Shown here piece after piece: positions 1 through 7,648 of a stretch of 64,000 bases of DNA. Origin of the DNA: Methylococcales bacterium (GTDB taxonomy: Bacteria; Pseudomonadota; Gammaproteobacteria; Methylococcales; UBA1147); NCBI GenBank assembly GCA_041748915.1, contig JBGTCG010000275.1:1551-65550 (forward strand), given 5' to 3'. The notes under the pieces were generated by a model. That model was given only the letters and a program-made list of their open reading frames with translations. It was not told where the DNA came from and made no database searches. Position 1 is the first letter of the stretch; the number at the start of each line of letters is the position of its first letter. Position numbers and translations under genes: made by a program.

Positions 1-935
1 TTCATCGCAAGATACGAGGCGCAGGAATGCCTTAGATCGTGCCATCGAAAATCAACGATCTCGGCCGCGTGCAGGCAGTTCCGCCAGGGCCGCTTCAGGT
101 CAATTGGCTTGGCCGGATTTCGGGTGGACGGAAAAACCAGGTCGAAATTTAACTGCCGGATCTTCGAGTGTTCGCGAAGCAGTTCCAAGGCTCGGCCAAC
201 CAGCGGTACGGTACGGCGCTGATTGTTCTTGGTATGCTCTAAAACGATCGTTCCGGTTTTCAAATTCACGGCATGCCAGCACAGGGTCATGAGTTCGGAT
301 TGCCGCAAACCCGTAGCCAGCGATACAACGACACAGCAATGCAAAACCGGGTTGCTCGATTTCCGGCAGGCGTCTAACAACCGCTCCCGCTCGGCATCAT
401 CCAGGAATCGAACGCGGCCGCGGGGGAGTTCCGGCAGCTCTACCCTTCCATCCCGCAATGGCGAATGTTCCAGCCACTTCCATTCATTCACGCAGACCTT
501 TAAGACGCTCGCGGCTACCTGGAAGTATTTCTTGATGGTGTCGGGAGAAAGCTTGCCGCCTTTGAAACTGATCGTATTCGCGAGCTGGTCGCGACATTGC
601 GCGAATACAGCGGAATCGAGATCCGCTAACGGTTTGTCGCCGATGGCGTGGCTCCACCAGGCAAGGATCGGCTTGCGGTTGGCTTGTTCTTTCGATTTGT
701 ACTTCGGCAGGATGCTTTCCGAATACCGCTCGATAGCATCGCCGGAGGTATGGCGCTTCGCCGCGGCGGTTCTGAAGTGGCGGCCTTCTCGAATGGCGGA
801 TTCCGTGTCCTGAATCCATTTGCGAGCATCCGTCAGCCGTTCAAACGTGGCGGTTTGTTCCGGGAATCCCTTGAGCCGGACTCGTGCTAAATAGTGGACG
901 CCTGCTTTCGACTGGCGTTTAATGATGGTAGCCAT
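1..935 (-). CDS. Tyrosine-type site-specific integrase (phage integrase family); C-terminal end runs off the left edge of the window
   Basis: Hand translation of the minus strand from the ATG at 933-935 gives 311 codons with no stop down to position 3 (MATIIKRQSKAGVHYLARVRLKGF...LATGLRQSEL...HDLRHSCASYLAM). The Arg box I and the H-x-x-R box II of tyrosine recombinases are present. It is not in the supplied ORF track because it has no in-window stop. It faces the 3' end of a tRNA. Confidence 0.85.
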   Translation of the reverse strand, partial: MATIIKRQSKAGVHYLARVRLKGFPEQTATFERLTDARKWIQDTESAIREGRHFRTAAAKRHTSGDAIERYSESILPKYKSKEQANRKPILAWWSHAIGDKPLADLDSAVFAQCRDQLANTISFKGGKLSPDTIKKYFQVAASVLKVCVNEWKWLEHSPLRDGRVELPELPRGRVRFLDDAERERLLDACRKSSNPVLHCCVVVSLATGLRQSELMTLCWHAVNLKTGTIVLEHTKNNQRRTVPLVGRALELLREHSKIRQLNFDLVFPSTRNPAKPIDLKRPWRNCLHAAEIVDFRWHDLRHSCASYLAM

Positions 936-965
936 GTGCAACACCTCGATTGTTGTGAGTGGTTA

Positions 966-999
966 GAGCACGGCAGATATTCCAGTATCTGCCGTGCTC
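966..999. repeat. Perfect 14-bp inverted repeat with a 6-nt spacer, about 30 bp upstream of the integrase start codon
   Basis: The sequence GAGCACGGCAGATA-TTCCAG-TATCTGCCGTGCTC was read directly. The arms are exact reverse complements. It lies in the AT-rich spacer between the integrase and the tRNA. Confidence 0.9.
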
Positions 1000-1107
1000 G
1001 TTTATAGGCTACCATGATTTGTTGTAGATTGTTAGTAGAAAGTGGCACAAAATTGTCATATTTTTGTTTTCTTCCGTGGTTATTTTCTAGTAAGTGCTTA
1101 ATTTTTA

Positions 1108-1184
1108 TGGTGCCCCGGAGAGGATTCGAACCTCTGGCCTTCCCCTTAGGAGGGGGATGCTCTATCCTGCTGAGCTACCGGGGC
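1108..1184 (-). tRNA. argW: tRNA-Arg (anticodon CCU), 77 nt with encoded CCA
   Basis: The reverse complement folds as a cloverleaf: acceptor GCCCCGG/CCGGGGC, D arm GCTC..GAGC, anticodon stem TCCCC/GGGGA with loop CTCCTAA (anticodon CCT), T arm AGAGG-TTCGAAT-CCTCT, discriminator A, then CCA. Confidence 0.9.
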
Positions 1185-1367
1185 ACGGGAAGGCGTGCTG
1201 TTGGATTTTACCACTCGCGCCAACCGCAAAACCAGCCTGCGCGGTTTTGCAGGTGTCCGTCCGGTTGATTACACTAATTGGTTCATCTTTTCGGCAATAA
1301 TTGAACGTCCTGAACGAAATGTTTAGATGAGCCGCGATAATCCATTGATAAACCGCTGAGGCCCCTC

Positions 1368-2357
1368 ATGCTTCACATCGTAAACGGCGAGTGCGCGGTT
1401 AGCGCGCTCAAAATAGCCGGAATTCCAGGGGAATTTTTATCCTGGGATGACCTCCTCTATGAAGGGCCGGTGCCGATTCCAGTACCTTTGGAGCGATTAA
1501 GCGCGGTTCGCGCTCGATATATTAGCGACGCCGGATGGGAAAGCTATCCGGACGCATGCCGGCATTTTAGCCGCCGTGACCTGTGCCTCGAAAACTCGAG
1601 TAACCTGGATGAGGTAATTCTCTGGAATTCGTTCGAACTTACCGACCAGTTGCATTTACTGCAGCTATTACATTGGTTTTCAACGCAACGACCGCGAAAA
1701 GCAAGGATCCGCATCATTTTTGTCGGCGATTACCTGGCCGACGACGCCGTATCGCTGATCCAAACCTCTTGGGGACGGCAGCAGGATGTAACCGATGGCC
1801 AGCTGTCCGCAGCTCAAAGTTTATGGACGGCGTTTTGTTCGGGCTCACCTCTGGCGCTATACCAATTAAATAGTTCCGCCGGGCGGCAACATGAGTTGCC
1901 GTTCATCAATCAGGCCCTTCTACGGCTGTTCCAGGAATATCCAGCGACCGGTGACGGATTGTCCCGGACCCAGCGCCAGATCATTGAGGCTTTGCTGCAA
2001 GAGCCGATGACTCCGATCGAGATTTTTGATTTCAGCCAGTCGCGAGAAAGCACGAGATTTATGGGCGACTGGTCGTTCTGGCGGCTGCTCGAGGGTCTGG
2101 TCAATGCTCCCAACCCAATGATCATGCCCCTTAGCGGCGCATGGATGCCTTTTGCACCTTTAGATATCCACTCCCATACCAGTTTTTATCGGCAACGAAT
2201 CGGGATCACGGGCGAAGGTCGTGAAGTGCTTGCCCGCCGAGCCGATGCGCTTGAATTGAACGGTATTGACCGCTGGATCGGCGGGGTTCACCTGCTTCCA
2301 GGCAAAATCTGGCGGTGGTCTGAAGAACACGGCCGGTTCTGGGCAGACGGGCCGTAA
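1368..2357 (+). CDS. DUF1835-like domain protein (function unknown)
   Basis: 329-aa ORF. The N-terminus MLHIVNGECAVSALKIAGIPGEFLSWDDLLYEGPVP matches my memory of the DUF1835 signature (H-I-x-N-G-D/E-S-A...W-x-D-x-L-x-E-G-P). No other motif was recognised. Confidence 0.55.
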   Translation: MLHIVNGECAVSALKIAGIPGEFLSWDDLLYEGPVPIPVPLERLSAVRARYISDAGWESYPDACRHFSRRDLCLENSSNLDEVILWNSFELTDQLHLLQLLHWFSTQRPRKARIRIIFVGDYLADDAVSLIQTSWGRQQDVTDGQLSAAQSLWTAFCSGSPLALYQLNSSAGRQHELPFINQALLRLFQEYPATGDGLSRTQRQIIEALLQEPMTPIEIFDFSQSRESTRFMGDWSFWRLLEGLVNAPNPMIMPLSGAWMPFAPLDIHSHTSFYRQRIGITGEGREVLARRADALELNGIDRWIGGVHLLPGKIWRWSEEHGRFWADGP

Positions 2358-2461
2358 CCGGAATGTCGTATCGATCTGGCTTGAGCCAGTCGCCGCTATC
2401 AGTGGGCGAGTTCTGCTGCCCGCCGATTCAGCCAGGAAAAACCGCGTTTTCGGCTCCGGCT

Positions 2462-3067
2462 TCATGCACGTTCCGTTTGCAGGCGATACGCCTCGGCAAC
2501 CATCAAAAAGGCCAGGAAATCATAGAGCCCGTGGATAACGACCGGGGTCAGCAACTGCCGCGAACCGGTGATATCCATCATATAAGCCATATAGAATCCG
2601 ATCAGCCCGGCGATCAGCGCATACATCGGGGTGAGCCAATGCAGAATGCCGAATATGGCGTTACTCAGCAGGAGCCCGCCGGCCAGACCAGCAAACCGTT
2701 CCAGCCAAGGTTGCAGAAAACCGCGAAACAGGACTTCCTCGGAAACGCCGGCAACGATCGCCAGAATAAGCAGTTCATGCCATCGACAGACAGAAAGGAC
2801 CGGACCAAGTATTTCCAGCAGACTGTTTTTGATCGGGTGGAGCGGTCCGACCGGGTAGCGGTAAAAAAGCATGAACAACAAAAACAATGGAAATGTGCCA
2901 ATGATTCCGTAGATCAATGCAGTGCCGTCAACTAAAAAATTCGAGAACGGATTCACATCGACTGCCCAGCCGACCAGCCAGGCAACGCCGATCATGCTGC
3001 CTTCGAACCAGAAAGCCATATTCAAAAATTCTCTACGGGTCCGGATTTGGAGTTCTAGGTCTGCCAT
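2462..3067 (-). CDS. CPBP family (CAAX/Abi-type) intramembrane metalloprotease
   Basis: 201-aa polytopic ORF with the CPBP motifs EEVLFRGFL, FGILHW and HGLYDF. Confidence 0.8.
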   Translation of the reverse strand: MADLELQIRTRREFLNMAFWFEGSMIGVAWLVGWAVDVNPFSNFLVDGTALIYGIIGTFPLFLLFMLFYRYPVGPLHPIKNSLLEILGPVLSVCRWHELLILAIVAGVSEEVLFRGFLQPWLERFAGLAGGLLLSNAIFGILHWLTPMYALIAGLIGFYMAYMMDITGSRQLLTPVVIHGLYDFLAFLMVAEAYRLQTERA

Positions 3068-3078
3068 GGTAACGGACG

Positions 3079-3264
3079 TTAAAAACCCAAGAGAGTTACA
3101 AACAGCATTTTATTCCGCTTGCAACCTAAACAATTGTCCCGAAATTTACGGATGTCTAAAGGTTTGACAATGGCTGCATGCTTGATTAAGTGAATACGCC
3201 GTCGCTTGACGGTTTCTGCGTCTTGAGCGAGGCATTGTGCTAACGGCAATCTGGAACCGTTCAT
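3079..3264 (-). CDS. Small cationic hypothetical protein (61 aa) directly upstream of the CPBP protease gene
   Basis: An in-frame ATG at 3264 is preceded by AAAGGA 7 nt upstream. The stop lies 12 nt before the CPBP start. Sequence MNGSRLPLAQCLAQDAETVKRRRIHLIKH...CLGCKRNKMLFVTLLGF. No homology was recognised. Confidence 0.3.
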   Translation of the reverse strand: MNGSRLPLAQCLAQDAETVKRRRIHLIKHAAIVKPLDIRKFRDNCLGCKRNKMLFVTLLGF

Positions 3265-3414
3265 CGTAATTCCTTTCGTGTAATCCATGACCGTTGAAAA
3301 ATATTCAGGATCGCGGCCACCCGCTTCCGGTAAGAAAATTGTCTGAGGAATGTAAAATCGTCTGGCCGATTGCTCAAAGGAATAGTAGTTTCGCGCGAAA
3401 GAAACGTGAGAACA

Positions 3415-4039
3415 TCATAATATGTTGGTCTTCGGGCGGGATTCCCGATAAAAGATATGGCGTCCTATTTTACGGGCCCTTTGAAAATTTTTAGTCCAGT
3501 TCGGGTTGGTGTAGTCCGCATGATACCAAAGCGCGCCGCCGGTAGGATCTTTTGAGGCACCGAAATAGATTTCCATAGCCAGCTTCAATGAATTGAACCA
3601 TTGAACCTGGTTATAGGGCTTATCGGGTCGTCCGTCGCACCACCAACTGAACTGACACTGGTTCAATGCCTGGTATCCGCCCTGGTGGACCACATCACAG
3701 GCCGAATCCGGAAAACGGCTATGATAAGACCCGGTTCATGACTACATGGCCCACGGCGCGGCGGCCCATCAGAGATTCACTGCGTGCTTCAAAATAAATA
3801 TTCAACGCCAGACATGCCATATCCTCGAGAAGCCGGACATACGCCATTCGATTGTCCATGTATGCAACCGCTCGAATATTGGAATTAGCGGTAACCACAT
3901 TGTCCGGAGTATGGGCTTCTTGCGTACCCGGTTGCTTTCGTTCTTCCATGAATGTTTTCCCGGCCGGGCAGACCGGGTAGACCACAACGACAAGCCCAAT
4001 GATCAGGTTGCGCGGTAACGGTAGGACGATTTTAACCAT
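3415..4039 (-). pseudogene. SleB-like cell wall hydrolase, interrupted by a frameshift near 3716-3733
   Basis: ORF 3719-4039 ends ...ALNIYFEARSESLMGRRAVGHVVMNRVLS*. The +1 frame continues RFPDSACDVVHQGGYQALNQCQFSWWCDGRPDKP...YHADYTNPNWTK...GRHIFY (ORF 3415-3693). Together these form one SleB-type domain. Confidence 0.75.
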
Positions 4040-4338
4040 CGGTTGAATCTCTCAAGAATCCTGTGCCTGGCAAAGGCGATCATAAGGCCAGAACGGTATG
4101 GTAAAAAAAATTAGCGCTTTATTTTTGTGTAAGGTTCGCCTATTGTAATTCAATCAGACGGATCAGGTAAATTCCGAGGCCAAAACCAGACCGATGGTGA
4201 AATTACTCCGCCGTTTATAGGCCGGGTTCGCCGACATCTCGAAAGATACCTCACGCATTGAACGATCCCGACCCTTATCGGCCAAGGGGGGAGTATCTTG
4301 CGGTTGTCCGTTGACGGAAATGATCGCCGCATCGCTAA

Positions 4339-5259
4339 ATGACCTTGTTTGCAGGTTGTCCTATGATTCAACCGGACTCTGAAACGTTGCACTTGTTAAA
4401 TCATGTTCCCGCCTTTTCAGGACTGGACGAACACGAACTGCACGATCTTCTGAATATTTCGGCGCGCAAGCGATTCAATAAGAATCAACCGGTATTTACG
4501 ATCGACCAGGAGGCACGGCAACTTTACGTCGTGGAAAGCGGCTCGTTTATCCTGAATCTCAGGGACCGCAAATTCAAATCCTTCAAAGCCGGCGATCTGT
4601 TTGGTGAAGTCGGAATCATCAACGAACATGTGAGGACAGGCACCATTCGTGCGCTCGAAGAATCGGTTTTGATTGCGATCGACGGCGAGGCGCTGTTTGA
4701 TGGCCGGAGTCTGAAGCCGATGACCGCATTGAAGATTATCCGGGAACTTGCCCGGATGGTGGCTTATTACCTGCGTTCGCAGGAGCAGGTTTCAACGATC
4801 GAATTGATTGATAAAGGAGAAACTGAACAGGTCGAATTCAAATCGTCGATGCGCTGGAATGCCAAATCGGGAACCAGCGACCACCTGATCGAACAGGCCA
4901 TTATCCGGACCATCGCAGCCTTCCTGAATACCAAGGGGGGAACATTGCTCGTTGGAGTCCGTGATGACGGGAAAGTGGTCGGTATCGGGTCCGACCGGTT
5001 CGAGAATAGCGACAAAATGATGTTGCACCTGACCCGGCTGATCAAGCAGCGGATCGGTACTCTTCATATGCGCTTCATTCGCTTTGAGGTCGAGGAAATC
5101 GATGGGGAGCACGTGCTGCGGGTTGACGTGGATCCGGCCACGATTCCGGCCTACATCACCGAAAGCAACAATCACGAAAGTTTTTGCGTCAGGACCGGCC
5201 CGTCAACCACGCAGATACAGGTCAGCAAGATTTATGATTACATTCAAATGCGTTTTTAA
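4339..5259 (+). CDS. Fusion protein: N-terminal cyclic-nucleotide-binding (CAP effector) domain plus C-terminal AlbA_2 / Schlafen-like domain
   Basis: The cNMP-binding signature FKAGDLFGEVGIINEHVRTGTIRALEESVLIAI is present. The AlbA_2 signature ETEQVEFKSS...IIRTIAAFLNTKGGTLLVGVRDDGKVVGI is also present. The start may be the ATG at 4363. Confidence 0.7.
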   Translation: MTLFAGCPMIQPDSETLHLLNHVPAFSGLDEHELHDLLNISARKRFNKNQPVFTIDQEARQLYVVESGSFILNLRDRKFKSFKAGDLFGEVGIINEHVRTGTIRALEESVLIAIDGEALFDGRSLKPMTALKIIRELARMVAYYLRSQEQVSTIELIDKGETEQVEFKSSMRWNAKSGTSDHLIEQAIIRTIAAFLNTKGGTLLVGVRDDGKVVGIGSDRFENSDKMMLHLTRLIKQRIGTLHMRFIRFEVEEIDGEHVLRVDVDPATIPAYITESNNHESFCVRTGPSTTQIQVSKIYDYIQMRF

Positions 5260-5267
5260 AGTATAAC

Positions 5268-5314
5268 GGCAACGCATCCCTGCGTGGCGGGACGCTCTGA
5301 CGTAATCAGAACGT
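5268..5314 (-). repeat. Intergenic repeat module A, partial copy
   Basis: GGCAACGCATCCCTGCGTGGCGGGACGCTCTGACGTAATCAGAACG aligns by eye with the reverse complement of the A copies at 30348 and 37951. Confidence 0.7.
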
Positions 5315-5354
5315 TCCTCGGCCTTGGATCGTCCGGTGGCAAACGGCAGGACTG

Positions 5355-6869
5355 TCAAATGTCACGAATCCGCCGGGTATACCGGTGCTTCACCCCCGCC
5401 GGGAAATATTCCGGGTCGCCGAATGGCCGGAATTCCAATCGCGGGATTTGTTTAGCCTCTGGAGCATAGTTCGCGAATTCGCTGTTCAATCGCAGCAACT
5501 GAGATCGAATCGAAGATGAAATGGCCGACGTTTTATCGGCATCCGCGGCAACCGCGGGCAGCAGTTCAACGACAATGCGCAGGAATTCCGAGCCGGCGCC
5601 ATCGGTTCCGGCTTCCATGACGAACTTTCCGCTGACCCAACCGGCGAACTCCGGTTGTTCCAATCCGACCACGATGTTTTCAGGATAAATATTGGCTCCG
5701 TAGAACGAAACCGTAAAATCCGCGCGGCCGAAGACCCAGACAAACGGCAGAGGAATCGTTTCGGCATCCAAACCGTAAGCCTCGAGCGTAGTGAGTCCTC
5801 GGGCGTTAAGAAATCCCATCATCTCTCGATAACTCATGATCCCGCCCCGATCCGCGATGTGATAGCGAATCAGAGGCACGCCATTGTCTCCGGTCACGGC
5901 CAAAGTTGCGCCGTCCACGACCTCGAAAAAACGGCTCATCGGATCGTATTGAACCAGCGTCGGCAGACGCGATTCGCCGAACAATTCGCGCGCGACGCCC
6001 GGACTGGTGGACAGGAAACGGCGGATCGCGATGCTCAAAGGGGTCTCGTTACCCAACACACCGCCATCGGCTGTACCGTAAAGCGAGGCGGAATCGCTGC
6101 ACGGCGAGACCGAATTCACTCGTTTCAGCATCAGTGTGCGCCATTCCTCGCTGAAAACTTCGCCCGCGAATACAAATTTTATGTGGTAGCGGCTCCAGTC
6201 CATTCCTTGCGCCGAACCGCCGTCGATCACATCTTTGATAAACGGCGGATAGCCGAGCAGGACGGTCTGTTCAAAATGCGGCCCCATCTCATGCACCACG
6301 CGCAGGATTTCATCGGGCTTGTTGCCCGGCGTCGCCACAATGAGCGGATAGCCCTTTTGCGCAAGATGCCAGCAACACGAGGTCGTGAATACTCCGCCGA
6401 CCCAATTGCCGAGCGGGAAACAAACGACCGCGAGGGTATCACGCTCGAACGCCCGGAAACTTTGGCGGAAGACCTGTTCGAACCGCAGAGCCACGTCCAG
6501 TTCGTCTAGCATCGCGCGCGGCCAGAAGATGGGACTGCCGGTGGATCCAGACGACACCGCAAGCCGATCACAAGCGGTGATCTGACCACCGTTGCAGCGC
6601 TCCGGCAACGGATATTTTTGCATATAGCCGGCTTTATCCAGCAAGGGCAAGGCCTGGAAATCCTCGAACGACGATATCCTTTCCGGAACGATGCCGCGTT
6701 CATGCAGAAATTGCCGGTATGCAGGGACCGTGGTGGCCGTAGTGTTGAACAGTTCCAATACGCGTTTACGGGGATCGGCGGCCAAGCGTTCGCTCAAAAC
6801 TGCATCCAGAGGGCTTTGCAGAAAGGTCGAAAGGCGACTGACGATCGCCGCCGGACGGTCTGTTTTCAT
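5355..6869 (-). CDS. Phenylacetate-CoA ligase family (PaaK/CapK/F390-synthetase-like) adenylate-forming enzyme
   Basis: The ORF carries the SSGSTGSPIFWPR adenylation motif and has family-typical length. I prefer the start at ATG 6869 (MKTDRPAAIV), which is preceded by GGAGAG. The longer ORF start at 6935 would run into repeat A. Confidence 0.7.
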   Translation of the reverse strand: MKTDRPAAIVSRLSTFLQSPLDAVLSERLAADPRKRVLELFNTTATTVPAYRQFLHERGIVPERISSFEDFQALPLLDKAGYMQKYPLPERCNGGQITACDRLAVSSGSTGSPIFWPRAMLDELDVALRFEQVFRQSFRAFERDTLAVVCFPLGNWVGGVFTTSCCWHLAQKGYPLIVATPGNKPDEILRVVHEMGPHFEQTVLLGYPPFIKDVIDGGSAQGMDWSRYHIKFVFAGEVFSEEWRTLMLKRVNSVSPCSDSASLYGTADGGVLGNETPLSIAIRRFLSTSPGVARELFGESRLPTLVQYDPMSRFFEVVDGATLAVTGDNGVPLIRYHIADRGGIMSYREMMGFLNARGLTTLEAYGLDAETIPLPFVWVFGRADFTVSFYGANIYPENIVVGLEQPEFAGWVSGKFVMEAGTDGAGSEFLRIVVELLPAVAADADKTSAISSSIRSQLLRLNSEFANYAPEAKQIPRLEFRPFGDPEYFPAGVKHRYTRRIRDI

Positions 6870-6900
6870 TAAACTCTCCGGATAATTTAACGAGCGGGTT

Positions 6901-6955
6901 CGAAACCGCTGATCGCGTTGATTTGGGCAGCGCATCCCCGCACTGCCGGACCTCC
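6901..6955 (-). repeat. Intergenic repeat module A, partial copy
   Basis: CGAAACCGCTGATCGCGTTGATTTGGGCAGCGCATCCCCGCACTGCCGGACC aligns with the reverse complement of A copies. The shared core is GGCARCGCATCCCYGC. Confidence 0.7.
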
Positions 6956-7147
6956 CTATTATATTTAAATGCTGTCAATAATATAGATTTCGATCGGGAC
7001 TGTGGTTCGTCCGCGACGGAATGAGATTGACGAAAAGCCGAACGGTGTTATGAGGCAGATTGCTGCATTGCAGCAATCTGCGCGATCAGGACTCCGCTTT
7101 ACCGAGTCTTTGACTTTTGTCAGGCATTGTCGGGAAAGACTTCGTGA

Positions 7148-7297
7148 GCCGCCCGCATCGACGGCTATCTCGTACCCGCAATGGTGGAGCGGCCCGGCGC
7201 TAACGAGGTTATCATCGGTACGACTGAAGAATCACTGTTCGGACCGGTGATTGTTTCCGGAACCGGCGGCATCGCTGACTTCGTAGTTTCAGTTTAG
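7148..7297 (+). pseudogene. Short relic resembling the ATP-grasp part of an ADP-forming acyl/acetyl-CoA synthetase
   Basis: A 49-codon frame bounded by stops reads AARIDGYLVPAMVERPGANEVIIGTTEESLFGPVIVSGTGGIADFVVSV, which is reminiscent of the E-x-I-x-G...FGPV-x-x-G-x-GG pattern. There is no start codon and no upstream part. Confidence 0.3.
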
Positions 7298-7444
7298 ATT
7301 ACCGAAAATTTCAAGATTGTCAGGCCGGCCGGCCGATTGCCCGGAATCCAGCCTCCATAATTGGCTTCGAGTGTGCCGACCCTGGGCGCTGGATACCCGC
7401 TTTCCAGCGGGTAAGACAAGCTTGCCGGCTAACAATGGCGGTAA

Positions 7445-7478
7445 GGGAAACGCTGAATAAATCCGTCCGGATTTCCGG
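7445..7478 (+). repeat. Intergenic repeat module B
   Basis: GGGAAACGCTGAATAAATCCGTCCGGATTTCCGG. It shares the core AACGCTGAATAAATCC and the short inverted repeat AAATCC..GGATTT with the copies at 10432, 13130 and 38058. Confidence 0.8.
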
Positions 7479-7648
7479 ACGACCTCTACTATATAAAGCT
7501 GATGGCACGGTCTCAGGCGGATTTCGCGCCTTACCCGAAAAGCAATTCCCGATTATGCTGCCGGGCTTCCGAGAGACTAATCGAAGGGAAAAGCTGCAAT
7601 TCAGAATCTTAACGCCCTTTCGTACTTTTTGCTTATTTACAGCGCATA

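Noticed and set aside
1043-1057. A sigma-54-like TGGCAC-N-TTG motif (TGGCACAAAATTGTC) in the integrase-tRNA spacer.
   Set aside because: The GG to GC spacing is one base short of the -24/-12 consensus, the -12 element is TGTC rather than TTGC, and no gene lies downstream in that orientation.
1227-1251. An 8-bp-stem hairpin (GCAAAACC-N9-GGTTTTGC) between the tRNA and the DUF1835 gene.
   Set aside because: It has no T-tract and no upstream gene to terminate in either orientation. It lies in the presumed tRNA promoter region, and no function can be assigned.
1185-7648. The possibility that the accessory-looking genes to the right of the tRNA (DUF1835, CPBP, SleB, cNMP-AlbA_2, ligase) are the island that belongs to the integrase.
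   Set aside because: The integrase lies on the side of the tRNA 3' (CCA) end, which is where tRNA-targeting elements integrate. The right-hand genes lie on the tRNA 5' (promoter) side. No repeat of the tRNA 3' end was seen to the right. The region may still be flexible, but not as part of this integrase's element.
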